Positions 23,001 through 34,100 of a stretch of 64,000 nt of DNA are shown piece after piece. The notes below the pieces were generated by a model that saw only the letters and a program-made list of their open reading frames with translations, searched no databases and was not told the origin of the DNA. The stretch covers positions 620,001 through 684,000 of the forward strand of contig OZ287078.1 in the NCBI GenBank assembly GCA_965645245.1, written 5' to 3'. Source of the DNA: Massalongia carnosa. Taxonomy: Eukaryota. Each line of letters opens with the position of its first letter. Position 1 is the stretch's first letter. A program made the position numbers and the translations under genes.

Positions 23001-24785
23001 TACCTGTACAATATTATTCAGAAGATGTCACAAATCATTACTCAGTCTCACCTTGCAATGGACATACTCGAATTTCTTGGAGGCCTCGTAAGGCTTCCAG
23101 ATGCTTATCGCAGCACGAATCTGATTCTGTTCCGTACAATCTTTGGTATTTGTAATATATACCTTAAGAACTCCAGAAAAGAGCGTGGAAAGCGCATGGG
23201 GATGCCCAGCTCTCGAGCAAGCCAAACATCACTACGCTATAGCAATGCACACGCAGAGGTGCCCTTGAACCAAGAACTAAGCAATGCCAGTGATGGTCAA
23301 AAAGATCTTCCTGAGTATGTCTGTGCTCTTGCGTATCACGTCATCACGTTCTGGTTCTTGGCGATTGATATTCAAGAACGATCCAGTCACGTTGGCTGGA
23401 TTACCAAGAACTTGGGTTATCAAAACGATCGGGGCCAAGAGATGATGGATGAACAAAGCCAATTGACGCTAGACATGATGCATCGTACTGCGTATTCAGA
23501 CCTCGGAGAGACTTTGCCACACCCAAGCTTCAAGGATGAAGACAGTAAGATTACGAAGAAGACATGGCTTCTTGGTATGAGCATTGTCACCGTTGAGACC
23601 TTCAAGGATAGCGGGCTTACACAGCTCACCAAGCGACAAGCTTCAGGAACAACGTACGCCATTTTTCAGCAGCAAACTGCTCCATTGCCTTCCCATCATA
23701 TTCAACCGCGCTCCAACGTTTCTTCGTTCAGTTCTGTAGGCGGAACGAACATTCTTCCAAATCATGTCCTCTTGCAGCTAAATTCTACTATTACGCCAAT
23801 GCCCATCCCGATACAGCCCATTGTTGTTCCTGATGATGATAGCACGCGAAGAGCCATTAGAACCTTTGACCAGAATGACACGGTCGATGGCCATAAAGCA
23901 GGTGTTATCTACATCGCCAGCGCTCAGACTTCCGAAGCCGAAATACTCGCAAACACTTGCGGAACAGCCCTGTATGATGACTTCCTTGCCGGTCTCGGTA
24001 CGAAAGTCGAACTCCGCCATGCTAAATTTAACACTCAAGGCCTCGATCGTGAGACGGATTTGGATGGCACTCATACGCTTGCATGGCGTGATCGGGTCAC
24101 AGAAATGGTTTTTCATGTGACCACCATGATGCCGACTAATACCCAGCATGACTCGAATTGCGTTAACAAGAAGCGTCACATTGGAAATGACTTTGTCAAC
24201 ATTATCTTCAATGAATCTGGACTGCCTTTCGACACCGACACATTCAAATCTCAGTTCAATTATGTTAATATCATTATTACTCCTGACACCATGGCAGCTA
24301 TGCGTCGCCTGTCTGTTACATCTGGCAATGCCTTGACTGAAGCTACTATTCAGGAAGGGAACGATGGCGAATCAAAGTCCGAACCTCAGGCCTGTTTTAT
24401 AGTGCAGACGATTTGTTCCCCATCGTTTCCCCAGATCTCCCCTGCGGCTACGCCCAAGTTGGTCACCGCTTTAACTCTTCCTGGATTCGTCCGTCAACTT
24501 GCGCTCAATGCGTCAGTATTTAGCCTTGTGTGGTCCAATCGTGCAGGTGGCGAACATATCTCGAGCTGGCGGAACCGACTCAAGGCAATCGTGAAGCTGA
24601 GAGAGCGTTATGCGAACACCGCGGTGTCTGCCAACGTTGCTTATCCTGATATGGGCACTCCACAAGATCGTGGTGGCGCACGTTCGTATCTGGAGGGGGA
24701 CCCATGGAAAGGAACGCTAATAATGGGCGGGCTCGCGGAGGAGAACCAAATGAACCTGAGTCTCGACTTCACCCGGTGGACATGA
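20001..24785 (+). CDS. TSC2: Tuberin (TSC2), Rheb GTPase-activating protein; single long ORF. Start uncertain (ORF open from 19833; ATGs at 20001 and 20121)
   Basis: Tuberin-region motifs DWEIYSYLLVHLPSQL and CCIHALVLC...ILEFL. C-terminal Rap-GAP domain HKAGVIYI...MVFHVTTMMP...KKRHIGNDFVNIIFNES...FKSQFNYVNIII, with the catalytic Asn intact. Confidence 0.95.
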   Translation: MKPWSLGRASAQPPVPSRQLDQKVYGQIYGETSAHILAGPMSAKDPSIAPDNNVPAPTFTERVRDFAIGRRSLKSLRGTKGKNTGTNVLETTSDAAQESSHSGFLDPDTLFKDKYLLRLDARQPLRYRIQALKEACEEIEIHSGDMLLAILMVAKDFTSGTAPLDIRIAGYDLLLASAGHTGLDTGERLKFFNLIIIPLPSSHANLQVLALEKLTQEGRLLSPFETQLVHFLNGLVKEVFDAAVQARSMRKRQGSLRSNDPIGEEVSLTSLLILIEKIVRFNPDVFQQEALALLINRMLSIFTKTTVRDDISKALVIFELLISSPYLPVTSVEPCVEILCAMSGNPSMTSEKPTGCLHILLTRESRGATLETLLKFLSIKPEERKPHVVFGAFSAVDHVLAMNGADNFPIISLQPLSVALISLCRSSHGFTSDCLRVAGRLLHDDHSNYDLFGENWVIVESTLHEFANIANELSRSHRSALGFRTSVTSSSPFDRYFSTRWSKLYAKEFKIQERLRNIASAFESRWDNLDRNQKSFTVNIFLILEPYVDDDILDLVIYFLANERLIFPPDENWTRHLELLVHLILFEPSKTESTRGKALQTVMEVHAAVQTDPESLSLFDEIGLRIVRRMMAEDKVQVLSAMADFSTQYAKDASMEVFDSVIGIFCQLIGVHQVMESSTQTSISYELMPEFTTCLVRLFLHCLPLSAEKTSKIFKILVAIAANSDNPAKGRLAAIKLLSRIRCNANHAIKIVNMPDSQGLAAALYRTESSAYMQPTSQIPPNRVSFAEEFHLPRTGRTSAIGSSRSDRSRSATRSASGKERLPRPTPPLWLYGDSKGLPEDPPSEASLVVYASSSNSNALHILEISLWMDTINDVLAKGDDWEIYSYLLVHLPSQLSNASLFNCEAKHIQDLHSLVVSQLQTGKLQIPPASTGVKQGDVALCLFHSLTMLISYRERFTKKQLDETVRTFLRGMEKWDGARKCCIHALVLCSHELPYHLDKYLYNIIQKMSQIITQSHLAMDILEFLGGLVRLPDAYRSTNLILFRTIFGICNIYLKNSRKERGKRMGMPSSRASQTSLRYSNAHAEVPLNQELSNASDGQKDLPEYVCALAYHVITFWFLAIDIQERSSHVGWITKNLGYQNDRGQEMMDEQSQLTLDMMHRTAYSDLGETLPHPSFKDEDSKITKKTWLLGMSIVTVETFKDSGLTQLTKRQASGTTYAIFQQQTAPLPSHHIQPRSNVSSFSSVGGTNILPNHVLLQLNSTITPMPIPIQPIVVPDDDSTRRAIRTFDQNDTVDGHKAGVIYIASAQTSEAEILANTCGTALYDDFLAGLGTKVELRHAKFNTQGLDRETDLDGTHTLAWRDRVTEMVFHVTTMMPTNTQHDSNCVNKKRHIGNDFVNIIFNESGLPFDTDTFKSQFNYVNIIITPDTMAAMRRLSVTSGNALTEATIQEGNDGESKSEPQACFIVQTICSPSFPQISPAATPKLVTALTLPGFVRQLALNASVFSLVWSNRAGGEHISSWRNRLKAIVKLRERYANTAVSANVAYPDMGTPQDRGGARSYLEGDPWKGTLIMGGLAEENQMNLSLDFTRWT

Positions 24786-26255
24786 GGGAGTCGTATTTAC
24801 CTGTAACAACATCAGCAGCACATAGGACGATCATTCTGGCACATGTGGATGACAAATCCAGGCAGCAACACAGAATGCCATAAAAGTTATTGCACACATT
24901 TTTTTTCCTTTGAGAGGGTGGGTTGGGGCTGGTATTATGGCAACAAGGAGCTTTGGTGTCCGGCTGTGATGTTTGCTTTAAACGAAGGATACCCAAGGCG
25001 GCATGATGGGCACCTAAGGACAGGTAGGGGATGAAGGTTGTTACTTGGCGGGACCCTTTCACCCAAGTGCGTCATGTGAGCTCAAATACTCTGTACACTG
25101 TACTCTGTATGCTGCATCGAGTTGTCGGCTGTTTACTGTGTACTCTGAACTCAATATCCTATGGCTCTAACTAGATTGCGAAACAGCCAGGCAAGCAGCA
25201 GACAGGTACAGTAAGCTGCCTACAGAGTAGTTATAGGGTAAATATTTAAATGCACAAATGCAAACGCAAAACGTAATTAGGCACGTGATGATAAGATTGC
25301 TCACTTACATACCGAGTTACTTTTTCCGACTAATGGCATATCATCTCCACATCCTCATGCGCTACTCCGTACATTGTAGGTAAACGACCTTCTCCCCCCT
25401 CAGTTACTCCTATCTGACTAAGTTGCCAGGCAGCTAACTGCCTGTCGGCGGGGTGGGGGATCTAATCCTACACAACAGCGCAATCCCAGACTACACAGTA
25501 CCTACTCCTTCCTCGGTACAGAGTACTGTATGATGGGAGAGGTCCACGCTTTCTGAGTTTTTGACATGCAGTTGTTGTTGCATAAGCTTTTTGGTTTTCA
25601 TTCCAATGTGCCAGAGTGGGCGCAATTCCTCTCCTGTCTCTGCGGGCACACCCGCGGCACAACGAGGCCTTTCACTTCAAGTCATGAGACCTATCTGAAG
25701 CGGTCGAATCTCGTATGCCTCGCTCATCTTCCGTCCGTCTTGCTTAATGCGAGTCTTCGATGTGTAAATCGCACCTATCACAGGAGATGGGTTGTGGTAG
25801 CTCACTTTAAGTTTTTCTTGAAACTCTCGCTTAAATGCCGGAACGAAGCTTCTCCGTCAGGTTAATGCTGTTTGCAGCCAGATTTTGGCGCTTTTGGCTC
25901 AGCCACTGACCCTGACTAACCAAGTTGAGCCCCCGTGAAGATTTGAGATGAGATTGCAGCAGTATCCGGCACGTCATGGTGTTCAGGAATGTTGCTATCC
26001 TCATTTTGCCTCATTCTGCCGAATCCTCATTTTGCCGATCAATGTGGTGTTCCCCTAGCCAGTGGGACTATGAGTAAACCTGCTGACCCAAAAACAGGGG
26101 AAGCTGAGTATCATTGTTAAGATTCCCTACTCCCCATTCCTTTTCTCGTTGTTTGCTTGTTGTAAACAAAGACTTTCGTATTCCCCACCACTCTTTTCAA
26201 GAACATTCACTCTCTATACTATTCCATTTCACACTTACCTCACCATCAAAATATC

Positions 26256-27306
26256 ATGCAGTACAGGTTCCTTGCTCTCCTGGCCGTTGCCGGCTCGGCT
26301 CTGGCCCAGCGTCCGGAAAATACCTCAATCTGCGATTACTACACGACGGCTTTGCTGAAGGATAATAATGCCACGAACCAATATACGCTTCTTACCCTGC
26401 TAGTTAATACCGTGGTGATCGGAAACTACACCAAACCAAATGTGGGCGTGAAAGTGCCTGGGATCCTGGCTCCAGGAAAACATGATAACACCAGCGTGAA
26501 TCTTCTCCCCTACTTCGATGGTGCTCTCTATTCCACCAACCAGGGTGGAAACGCAGGCGTATCCGTTAACTTCCTTGACGACGGCGGAGCTGTGCCATTG
26601 GCCATGAACAAGCCTGCAAACGGCACCGAATCGAACCAATAGTGAGTCGAAAGCGCACAAACAAAGTTCTATCAACTAATCTACTCCTTAGTAAACTCCT
26701 CACCCATCTCTACGAGTTCTTCGGTGTGCTTCTTGGCTGCTCCCAAGTCAATAAGACCGGCTTCCCTGCATACACCGGCGAAAATAGCCAATACAAAGTT
26801 CACAAGTTCGTCTCCTCACTCTTTTAATTTCTCAAGCCTGATATTTCCCACCAAGATTCATGAACCTTGATGCCAACCAAGTCGGATACTTCATCGCCCA
26901 GGTCGGCCTCGCTGCCCAGTCCTTCGGTGTTGCTAAGGAGGACATTGACGTTGTCGCTGGAGCGCTCAACAAATTGTTCGGCTACAAATGCGCGCCCGAG
27001 ACTACCGTCATCCCGTCCCAAGGAGCGCAGCTGCAATCCATCTGCCAGGCAGACTCCTGCCCGCTCAGCCCTAACGACACGTGCTCCGCCTACGCGAATT
27101 CTTTCGAGCCTGGTGTTGCAAACGCTACCCTAGCCATGGGACAGGGCAACGCGACTGCCAATGGCTCCACCACCGCAACTAGTACCTCAAGCGGGAAGGG
27201 TTCGGCTACCGCCTCAGCGACGGGGAGCCCTAAGGGAAATACGGGGACGGTTGTAGGGATTAGCTTAGCTGCGTTGGGAGCCGCTGTGTTTGCGCTCGCG
27301 CTATAA
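26256..27306 (+). CDS. Secreted, predicted GPI-anchored glycoprotein (~316 aa) with truncated (2/2) globin-like motifs. Exons 26256-26641, 26692-26805, 26856-27306
   Basis: Signal peptide MQYRFLALLAVAGSALA. Introns GTGAGT...CTAAT...TAG and GTTCGT...CTGAT...AAG splice in frame. Six Cys, about 10 N-X-S/T sequons, an S/T-rich stalk and hydrophobic tail TVVGISLAALGAAVFALAL. C-ending codon bias suggests high expression. The gene call is firm; the globin assignment is an inference. Confidence 0.9.
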
Positions 27307-27516
27307 GAGGTGGGAAACGTTTTGTATAGCATTGGAACTGATTCTTTAAGGGCTTCTTTCGCAAGAAAATGCAATTTGCACTTTCCGAAAGCTTCGATTT
27401 ACTGTGGATCAAGATTCTTCATATTGATTAGGGTGCTTCCCATCATCTATATCCCTCAGTCCTAGCTGGTATGCCCAAACTCGCAAAGGAGTGTACTCTA
27501 TGGTCGTCCGCGAATA

Positions 27517-27782
27517 CAAAATCACGCGGCTGACAAAAAAACCGGGACACCAAAAACTTAAGCACTCTTACGCGTAAATCAATATCATGCAATTATTTTT
27601 TCCTACACTTAATAATTTCAGAAATTTAAGATTGATATGTGTTCTGTCATCTAAGAAGACTTCAAGGTTTTTCAGGTCGTTTTTGTTGCTGAATGATTTT
27701 CAAGAAAAGATGTTTTTTTGAAAAGTTTGTTCCGGGAAGTAGGTTTTGGTGTCCCGGTTATTTTGTCAGCCGCGTGATTTTG
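27517..27782. mobile_element. Tc1/mariner-type MITE, 266 bp, TA target duplication
   Basis: 39-bp TIR CAAAATCACGCGGCTGACAAAA(A/T)AACCGGGACACCAAAA with 1 mismatch. TA at 27515-16 and 27783-84. AT-rich non-coding interior. Confidence 0.93.
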
Positions 27783-28102
27783 TACCCAGAAGAGGTGTAA
27801 TCAGCCACGTGATCGCGCGCTTTCGGCAACGCGATCAGACGCTCGATCGAACTTTTCAACTACTGCTCTTTTCCAGCGTCTATCCACCTCTTCAATCATT
27901 TGCTTGACTGACCTTATAGCTTCTTAAGAATCTCAATTACTCTGTGGGCTTGTACATATCCACGAGGCTAAATTATTTACTTGACGGTGATCAACTTGCC
28001 TGAGGAGCGGTTTGCTGTTTGCGGTTTGTCGCTTAGTGCCTTGCTGTTGAGGGTCTCGGTGGAAGGCTGACTGGGGAACCGATATATCTACTGAGATTCC
28101 AG

Positions 28103-29322
28103 ATGGACTACTTCAAGGGCGTACAAGTGGAAGTTATTTGCAATGGAAAATCTCTGAAAATGTACGATGATCCTGATGGACCGGACGATCCTGAGCTGTA
28201 CAAACGCCAGAAATATGTCGAGGCTATCACTGGCGACAAATTCACTGTCAAAGTTACGTTAGGACACGATTTTCAGTTTGGATCGGCTGAGGCAGCGAGA
28301 ATTAATTTCCGCTTTGATCAAATCTCACACGGCTGGTATAAAGATATGCTGAAAAGCTCTTGGCGCTCTTTGCGATGCGAATCGTATGAGCTGTCTTCTA
28401 TAGCTAGTTTCTGTCCGGTTTCAGCAACGTGGAAAAGGAAAGAGTTCAGCTTTGGTGGCTTGATTAGAAGTAAACCACCCTTCGGCCAGAGACTGATATG
28501 GAACTCGCCTGATATGTGCATCTATTCTAGCGGAACTCCCGAACGTCGTCCCACTCCCCCCGGACCAGATACAGGCTCTTGGCCAGATAAATATTTCCAT
28601 TACACGTGCTGTACTTGTGAAGCTCCGCAAACCCATTCCTAGCTCCAAGAGACCGTTGAATCGAATAGCAGAGGTTTCCGAAAAAGTTCTAAAGGGCAGC
28701 GCTATATCTAATACTGTAGAGTAAGCTATCTAATCCCTTACGAAGGTTATGATGGTTAAATCCTACTAGCTTGATTGGCGAGACTCTGTCGCAAGAACCG
28801 CCATCTTCAACGGTCGAGGCTAAGCCTATTAAGGGGGCATTAGGAGAGTCGCTGAGATTCTATGTTCTGTATCGGTCGAAAGGTAAGTTCGAAGCATATA
28901 TTGCTCGCTAATGAATCTAAAATCCCTCAAAGACGCTTTGCAAATAATCGGTTGCATACCACGAACCCCGTCCCCCGAACTCGAGCCTGCGGCACTACCA
29001 TCCCGTTCCACGAGATTCGATGGTCAGAAGACAGATGAGGATAGCAAGTTCAAAGATCGCGACCAAGAGCTTCAGGAGTTGCGTGTGAGTGACTTCATCA
29101 TTCAAGTCTATCAGGGCAGATATGGGAAGTGAATCTAATTGGCAATCCGTCCAGGCTCGGATAGCTTTGCTAGAGGAAGGTAGCCCAGGCGTCAAACCCG
29201 GACCTTCAAGTACGATGCAGAGGGTCAAGCGTGAACGCGCCGAGAGCAATCGGAGCCAGAGCTCGCGGAAACGCTCACGCACGTCTGCACTAGCGGAAAC
29301 AGTTGATCTTACAAGCGACTAA
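28103..29322 (+). CDS. Fungal hypothetical protein, DUF7918-like, 5 coding exons
   Basis: FKGVQVEVICNGKSLKMYDDPD...YVEAITGDKFTV. Spliced downstream exons give LGQINISITR, VSEKVLKGSAISNTV, FYVLYRSK-DALQIIGCIPRTPSPE and a terminal VDLTSD (SUMO-interaction-like motif). Introns include 28470-28530 and 29086-29154. Family name from recall. Confidence 0.75.
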
Positions 29323-29751
29323 CAGCATCGCCATACCTTCACGCCACATCTCAATCCTCCATCAGGATACAGTTTCTTCAATTTCTGAAGAAGTTCTTTT
29401 CATCTCGACACTTCGCTTCCCACCCTATGTAAACAAGAGAGAACCTCTTTTGCCATTTCCTTCAGCTTTTCCCTGCACAAGGGCATATTTTCAAGATGCC
29501 CATCATGTACCACTCCTGCTCCACTTCCTGTCCGCGTCATGGAGCGCTGCGTGGAAGAGTCAGGAGCTTATGGTATACACTCATTTACATTTAGGAAGAG
29601 AGAGTGTGTGAGTGGGGACATTGGGAAGGGAGGGTGTTAAAGCCTTCCATGAGCGGAATGGGAAGGAGGTCGCGTTGTTGTGATGAGAGCTTTAGATTCT
29701 TGAATAACTAACAGTTTCTTCTCCCTATAAAGGAAAAGAAGCTCCTCCATT

Positions 29752-29841
<90 letters not shown>
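29752..29841. repeat. (ATC)30 microsatellite
   Basis: Perfect trinucleotide run; it produces the spurious poly-Met ORF 29637-30071. Confidence 0.97.
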
Positions 29842-29842
<1 letters not shown>

Positions 29843-30378
29843 CCACCATCATCATTTCCCCCCTCCATATACAATCCAGAAAACCCTCCCAGTCGTCCAT
29901 ACATACATACACATCTAATAAAGCCGATCTACCCATCATCCTCTTCCTCTCTCTCCCTCCATCCCTACCAAATATCCAAGCAAAACCCAAACCCTCACGC
30001 CGCAAGGAGGAGGATCGGTATTTCCATATGTTATATTTTTGGGGGGTTGGCGTGGGCCTATATATACCCAACCTGCCTAGCTACCCCAGCCAGCCTAAGT
30101 TATTCAGTCAGCTAGCCAAGCAATCAACCGATCAGTTTAATCCAATATGACATACCATTCCTTCCCTCCATATGCGATTGCGCTTTTTCCAGGGAACGAG
30201 CAAGGTTGAGGAGATCTTTTTGTTAAATAAGCTATCTTCCGCTCTTCGAACTCCCCGAGAATTTGTTCCTCCCCCTTCCCTTGGTGACGCCACCGCTCAC
30301 CTACTCGCTCGCTCATTTATCTATCTATATATCAAGAAATGAAATAGGAGAGGGGGGTTCCAGTTTGGTTGATTCATC

Positions 30379-30430
30379 TCGTTCGTTCGTTCGTTCGTTC
30401 GTTCGTTCGTTCGTTCGTTCGTTCGTTCGT
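30379..30430. repeat. (TCGT)13 microsatellite within a low-complexity intergenic region (~29.6-30.9 kb)
   Basis: Tetranucleotide run, with neighbouring G-runs and GGAAAA-type repeats. Confidence 0.95.
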
Positions 30431-31167
30431 TCATTCATGCGTTGGATCGATATGGAGTGGATTGGATCTGATCCGATCCGGTTGTCAAAAACGAAGAAAA
30501 AGGCGAGTGGTAAATAGGTAGGGAGCTGGTTTGGGTGGTGTGGAGAGAGTGAAGGGGGCGGGGGATGGGCGAGATAAGGAAAAGGAGAGGTGGGAAGATC
30601 AAATGAGATGAGATGAGACAAGGAAAAAGAGGGGGGGGGGGGACGGGGAGTGGAGAAGATGAAGAGGAAAAGGAAAAGGAAACGGAAAAGGAAACGGAAA
30701 AGGAACAAAAAGGAGGTTCAGTGGGTATCTATCTTACTTACTTACCTACGTAGCCGAAGATGAAAGATTAGAGAACAAGAAAGAAGAAGAAAATCGAATA
30801 AATGTTGACAAGCAGACAGATAGAAACATCAAGATATCCAACATTTGAGTGAATTAAATACTAAATTTGCTAGGAAAAGCGAACAACTCGGAAAGAACAA
30901 AGAAATTGAGTTATAAATATATACGGTCAATAGCCCCCGTCTGACATTTCTAATCTACAACCCGATAGCTCGGCTTCTTCCCAATATAAAACAAAACAGA
31001 ACCAAAACAACCATTGGCGGGTTCATCCCTCCGATTAATCGCCATCCCACAAGGAAACAGAAACACGAGTAACAGTATACATACACCGCCTCCAGAAAAA
31101 CAAAAATTCGAATTAAAATAATCTGGAATTAATAAACAGCCAGCATTCTCCCCTTCCACCAAATCCA

Positions 31168-34100
31168 TCACTTAGCCATAACATCTACATAACCCCTACC
31201 CTTTTTCCCCTTCCTCACAGTGCCTCCCTTCCGCGGCTGCGGCGCTCCAAGTAAATCATCAATGCTACTCGCGTGGCTCATCCCCGTCGCAGGTCTTGAC
31301 GGAGGGGCCGAAGGGGGAGCCGACGGCGAGCCACCCGCTCCTAGCGAAGGGGATCGACCCATGGAAGGCGCCGTCAGCGTTGGTTCCCCGGCCCGGGAGT
31401 TGCTAGGTAAGGCGGCGGCGGACGAGATGCTACGGTTAGGTGAAGGTGGGGTTGAGGGGAATGTGGGTTGGGGGATGTTGATTGGTGGCGTATTCAGAGA
31501 GCGCGGATTAACGGGAGGGGCGTATGCGCTTGGTAAGGGAGGAACGTGGGGTGTAGAGGTAGAAGGAGGAGGTGCGCCGGTGCCGCTTGTAGCTCGAGAG
31601 GGTGGCCCTTTTGGAGGAGGTGGTTTGGGAGCTGTGGCGCTAACCTCAGCGCCGCCTTTTTTATTCACCCATTTTTTCAAGTTTTCGTCATAATAAAAGG
31701 AGCTCTCTTCGCCGAGCTTGGCCCGGATAGGCCCGTGGCTCTGCGCCGAACTGTCGCCGTCTTTCTTGCCACCGAGCCAGCCGCCGAACCAAGATCTTTT
31801 CGCATTAGGGCGGGTTTCTTTCTGGGCTAGAAAAAGATTGGTTAAATTGATTTGAAAGGAGGGGCACATTGATAGAACATACCGTCAGCTTCCGCCGCTT
31901 TTCGGAACGCCTCATCTACCTCCCGATCCTTTTTGGCTTTTTCTGCTTTAAGGTCGGCGGCTGCTCGGGAAGTAAAGTCGTCATCGTCATCATCCATGAA
32001 AGACTTCTTAGGCTTCTCGTCGGGCAAAGTATCATCGCCACTCGGGCTGTCAGGATTATACGATGGTGACTCATATGTATTTGTGCTTGGCGGTTCGTAA
32101 GTGTTCATTATTGGTGGTTCATACGAGTTGGTAGTTGGAGGATCATAGGAGTTCGGGGGGGGGGGGTAGTATGATGAGTTTGGAGTAGAAGATGAAGGCT
32201 CGTAAACACTTGTTGACTGGGGTTCGTCGCTGAGGTGGTGGTATTCTTGTTGTTGATCCTTGGGTGGTGGCGTTGGTCTATACGATTCATGATCTAGCAG
32301 TGATGGTGACATGTCTGGCGGAACTAGGGGCATATATTCTGGTTGGGAAGGTGGAGTCGGTAGATAGCCCAGACTTTGCGGGGAGTATCCTATCTGCTCG
32401 GGCAACTGCTTATATGAATTGGGTTGAGATTCCTGAAAAGCTCCGTTGGTTGAGTTACTTCTTGGTTGATATTGCTGATGGGGTACCACCGGTCTAAGGC
32501 CTTCGCCGTAAGACTCCTGACGTGGCTCCTGTGATGGCCAGGCCCTTGTTTGCTCTAGCGACGACCGAGGAGTATATTGTCCTGCAGGTGCATACCGAGA
32601 ATTTGGTAGATTTGCTCCTCTGGCAGGCCCCGTGGCCATGTTCCCATTGAAATAACCATTGTAAAGGTCGCTAGACGATGCTGGTTGACTAATGATGGGG
32701 GAATCTCCAACTACTCTGGCAAATGGCCCAGAAACGTCGTGGTCCATCCCCTTTCCAGGAGCAGCGGAACCAGTCTCACTTTCGTCTCCAGCTATGAATT
32801 GGTTGAGCCTTGCCCATACAGAACCCGAGACTTTGTCCATGCTGGGTCTAGACATCCAAGATGCTGAATCATCCGTGGGTGCCTGTCGTAATCTCTCGAT
32901 AAGATCTTCCAGTGCCCCAAAGAGCAATCCATGGTAGTATGGTGAAAGTTTAGTTGTAGCCTTCAGAACGCCCGTAATAGCATCGCAATACTGCTGCGCT
33001 TCAGATCGGTACCCGTGTTCGGCCAGCACCATTGCATGGTAGAGTTTATAGGATTGTAGATGGGGTGAAAATGTTGCAACCGGTGCAGGTGCTAGGACTG
33101 TACAGGCGAAGTCATATATTTCGGTGAGGAGAATGCTATCAAAATCGCGAGTATATTCCAAAGGTTGATGAACATGATCAGCGCCAAGGAGTGCTACGCT
33201 GACTTGAGGATCGTCGGCTCCACCAAAGATTCCAGGTGCCTTTGCAAATATGAAGCATACGTGGGCCGCCTCGGTCCTTCCATAGCCAGAAAGCAGTCGT
33301 CCCAAAGCTAAGAGAGCCTTCCAATCATCCTGGCTACGGTTGCTCAGAATCAAGGTCAGGCTTTCTCGCCATCTATCTAAACCATCAAGTGCGTTCTTAG
33401 TTGGACCAGCACCCGCAACCTTACTGACCATCTGAAGGCCAACCCGGGCTGAAGGTGGCACAAGCTCATCGACGCTTTCTTCCCAGTTCCCAGCGAAGAT
33501 CTGATATAACGACGAGAGTGATTCCGTGTTTTGACCAAGCGTTTTAACTTCTTGACGCACAAACTCTTCGAGCACTTGCTTCCAAACTCTTCGGTCCAGC
33601 GTAGACGCAAGAAGCATGGCGTGAGCCCACAACTGTTGATCCACAGCGTGCCATACGGCCTCTTCCCGTTCGCCTCTTAGTAAAATCCTACGCAAACCTT
33701 CCAACGCTTCGGGGTCCGCTGACAATTTTTTGTTGCGTGGTCCATCAGATTTTGAGATACCAGTAAGCCCTTGATTCGAATAGTGTAAGGATGCCGGTTC
33801 GGTATTTACAACGTCCAGTTCCGGTGAAAGAATATTTCTCACCGCCGTCATTACTGCTGGATTACCCTCTATGTTACCATCGTTATCGACGAGTGTTTGT
33901 AGAATTTTCCACAGGAGGATTTTTTCCTCATAGCGCTTCAGTGAACCTGAAGGCACTGAATCAACAGCGTTCGGAACGGGAGTGGCTGCTAGTCCTGAGA
34001 TTCGCATCTGAAGCCACTCGACGACTTCCTTTTTCTTGCTTTTAGATTTGAGGGGACCCGGGAAAGAAGAAATCACTTGCTCCAATGGAAAGAGCTTGCC

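Noticed and set aside
29637..30708. Poly-Met and (NERT)n ORFs
   Set aside because: Artefacts of the (ATC)n and (TCGT)n microsatellites.
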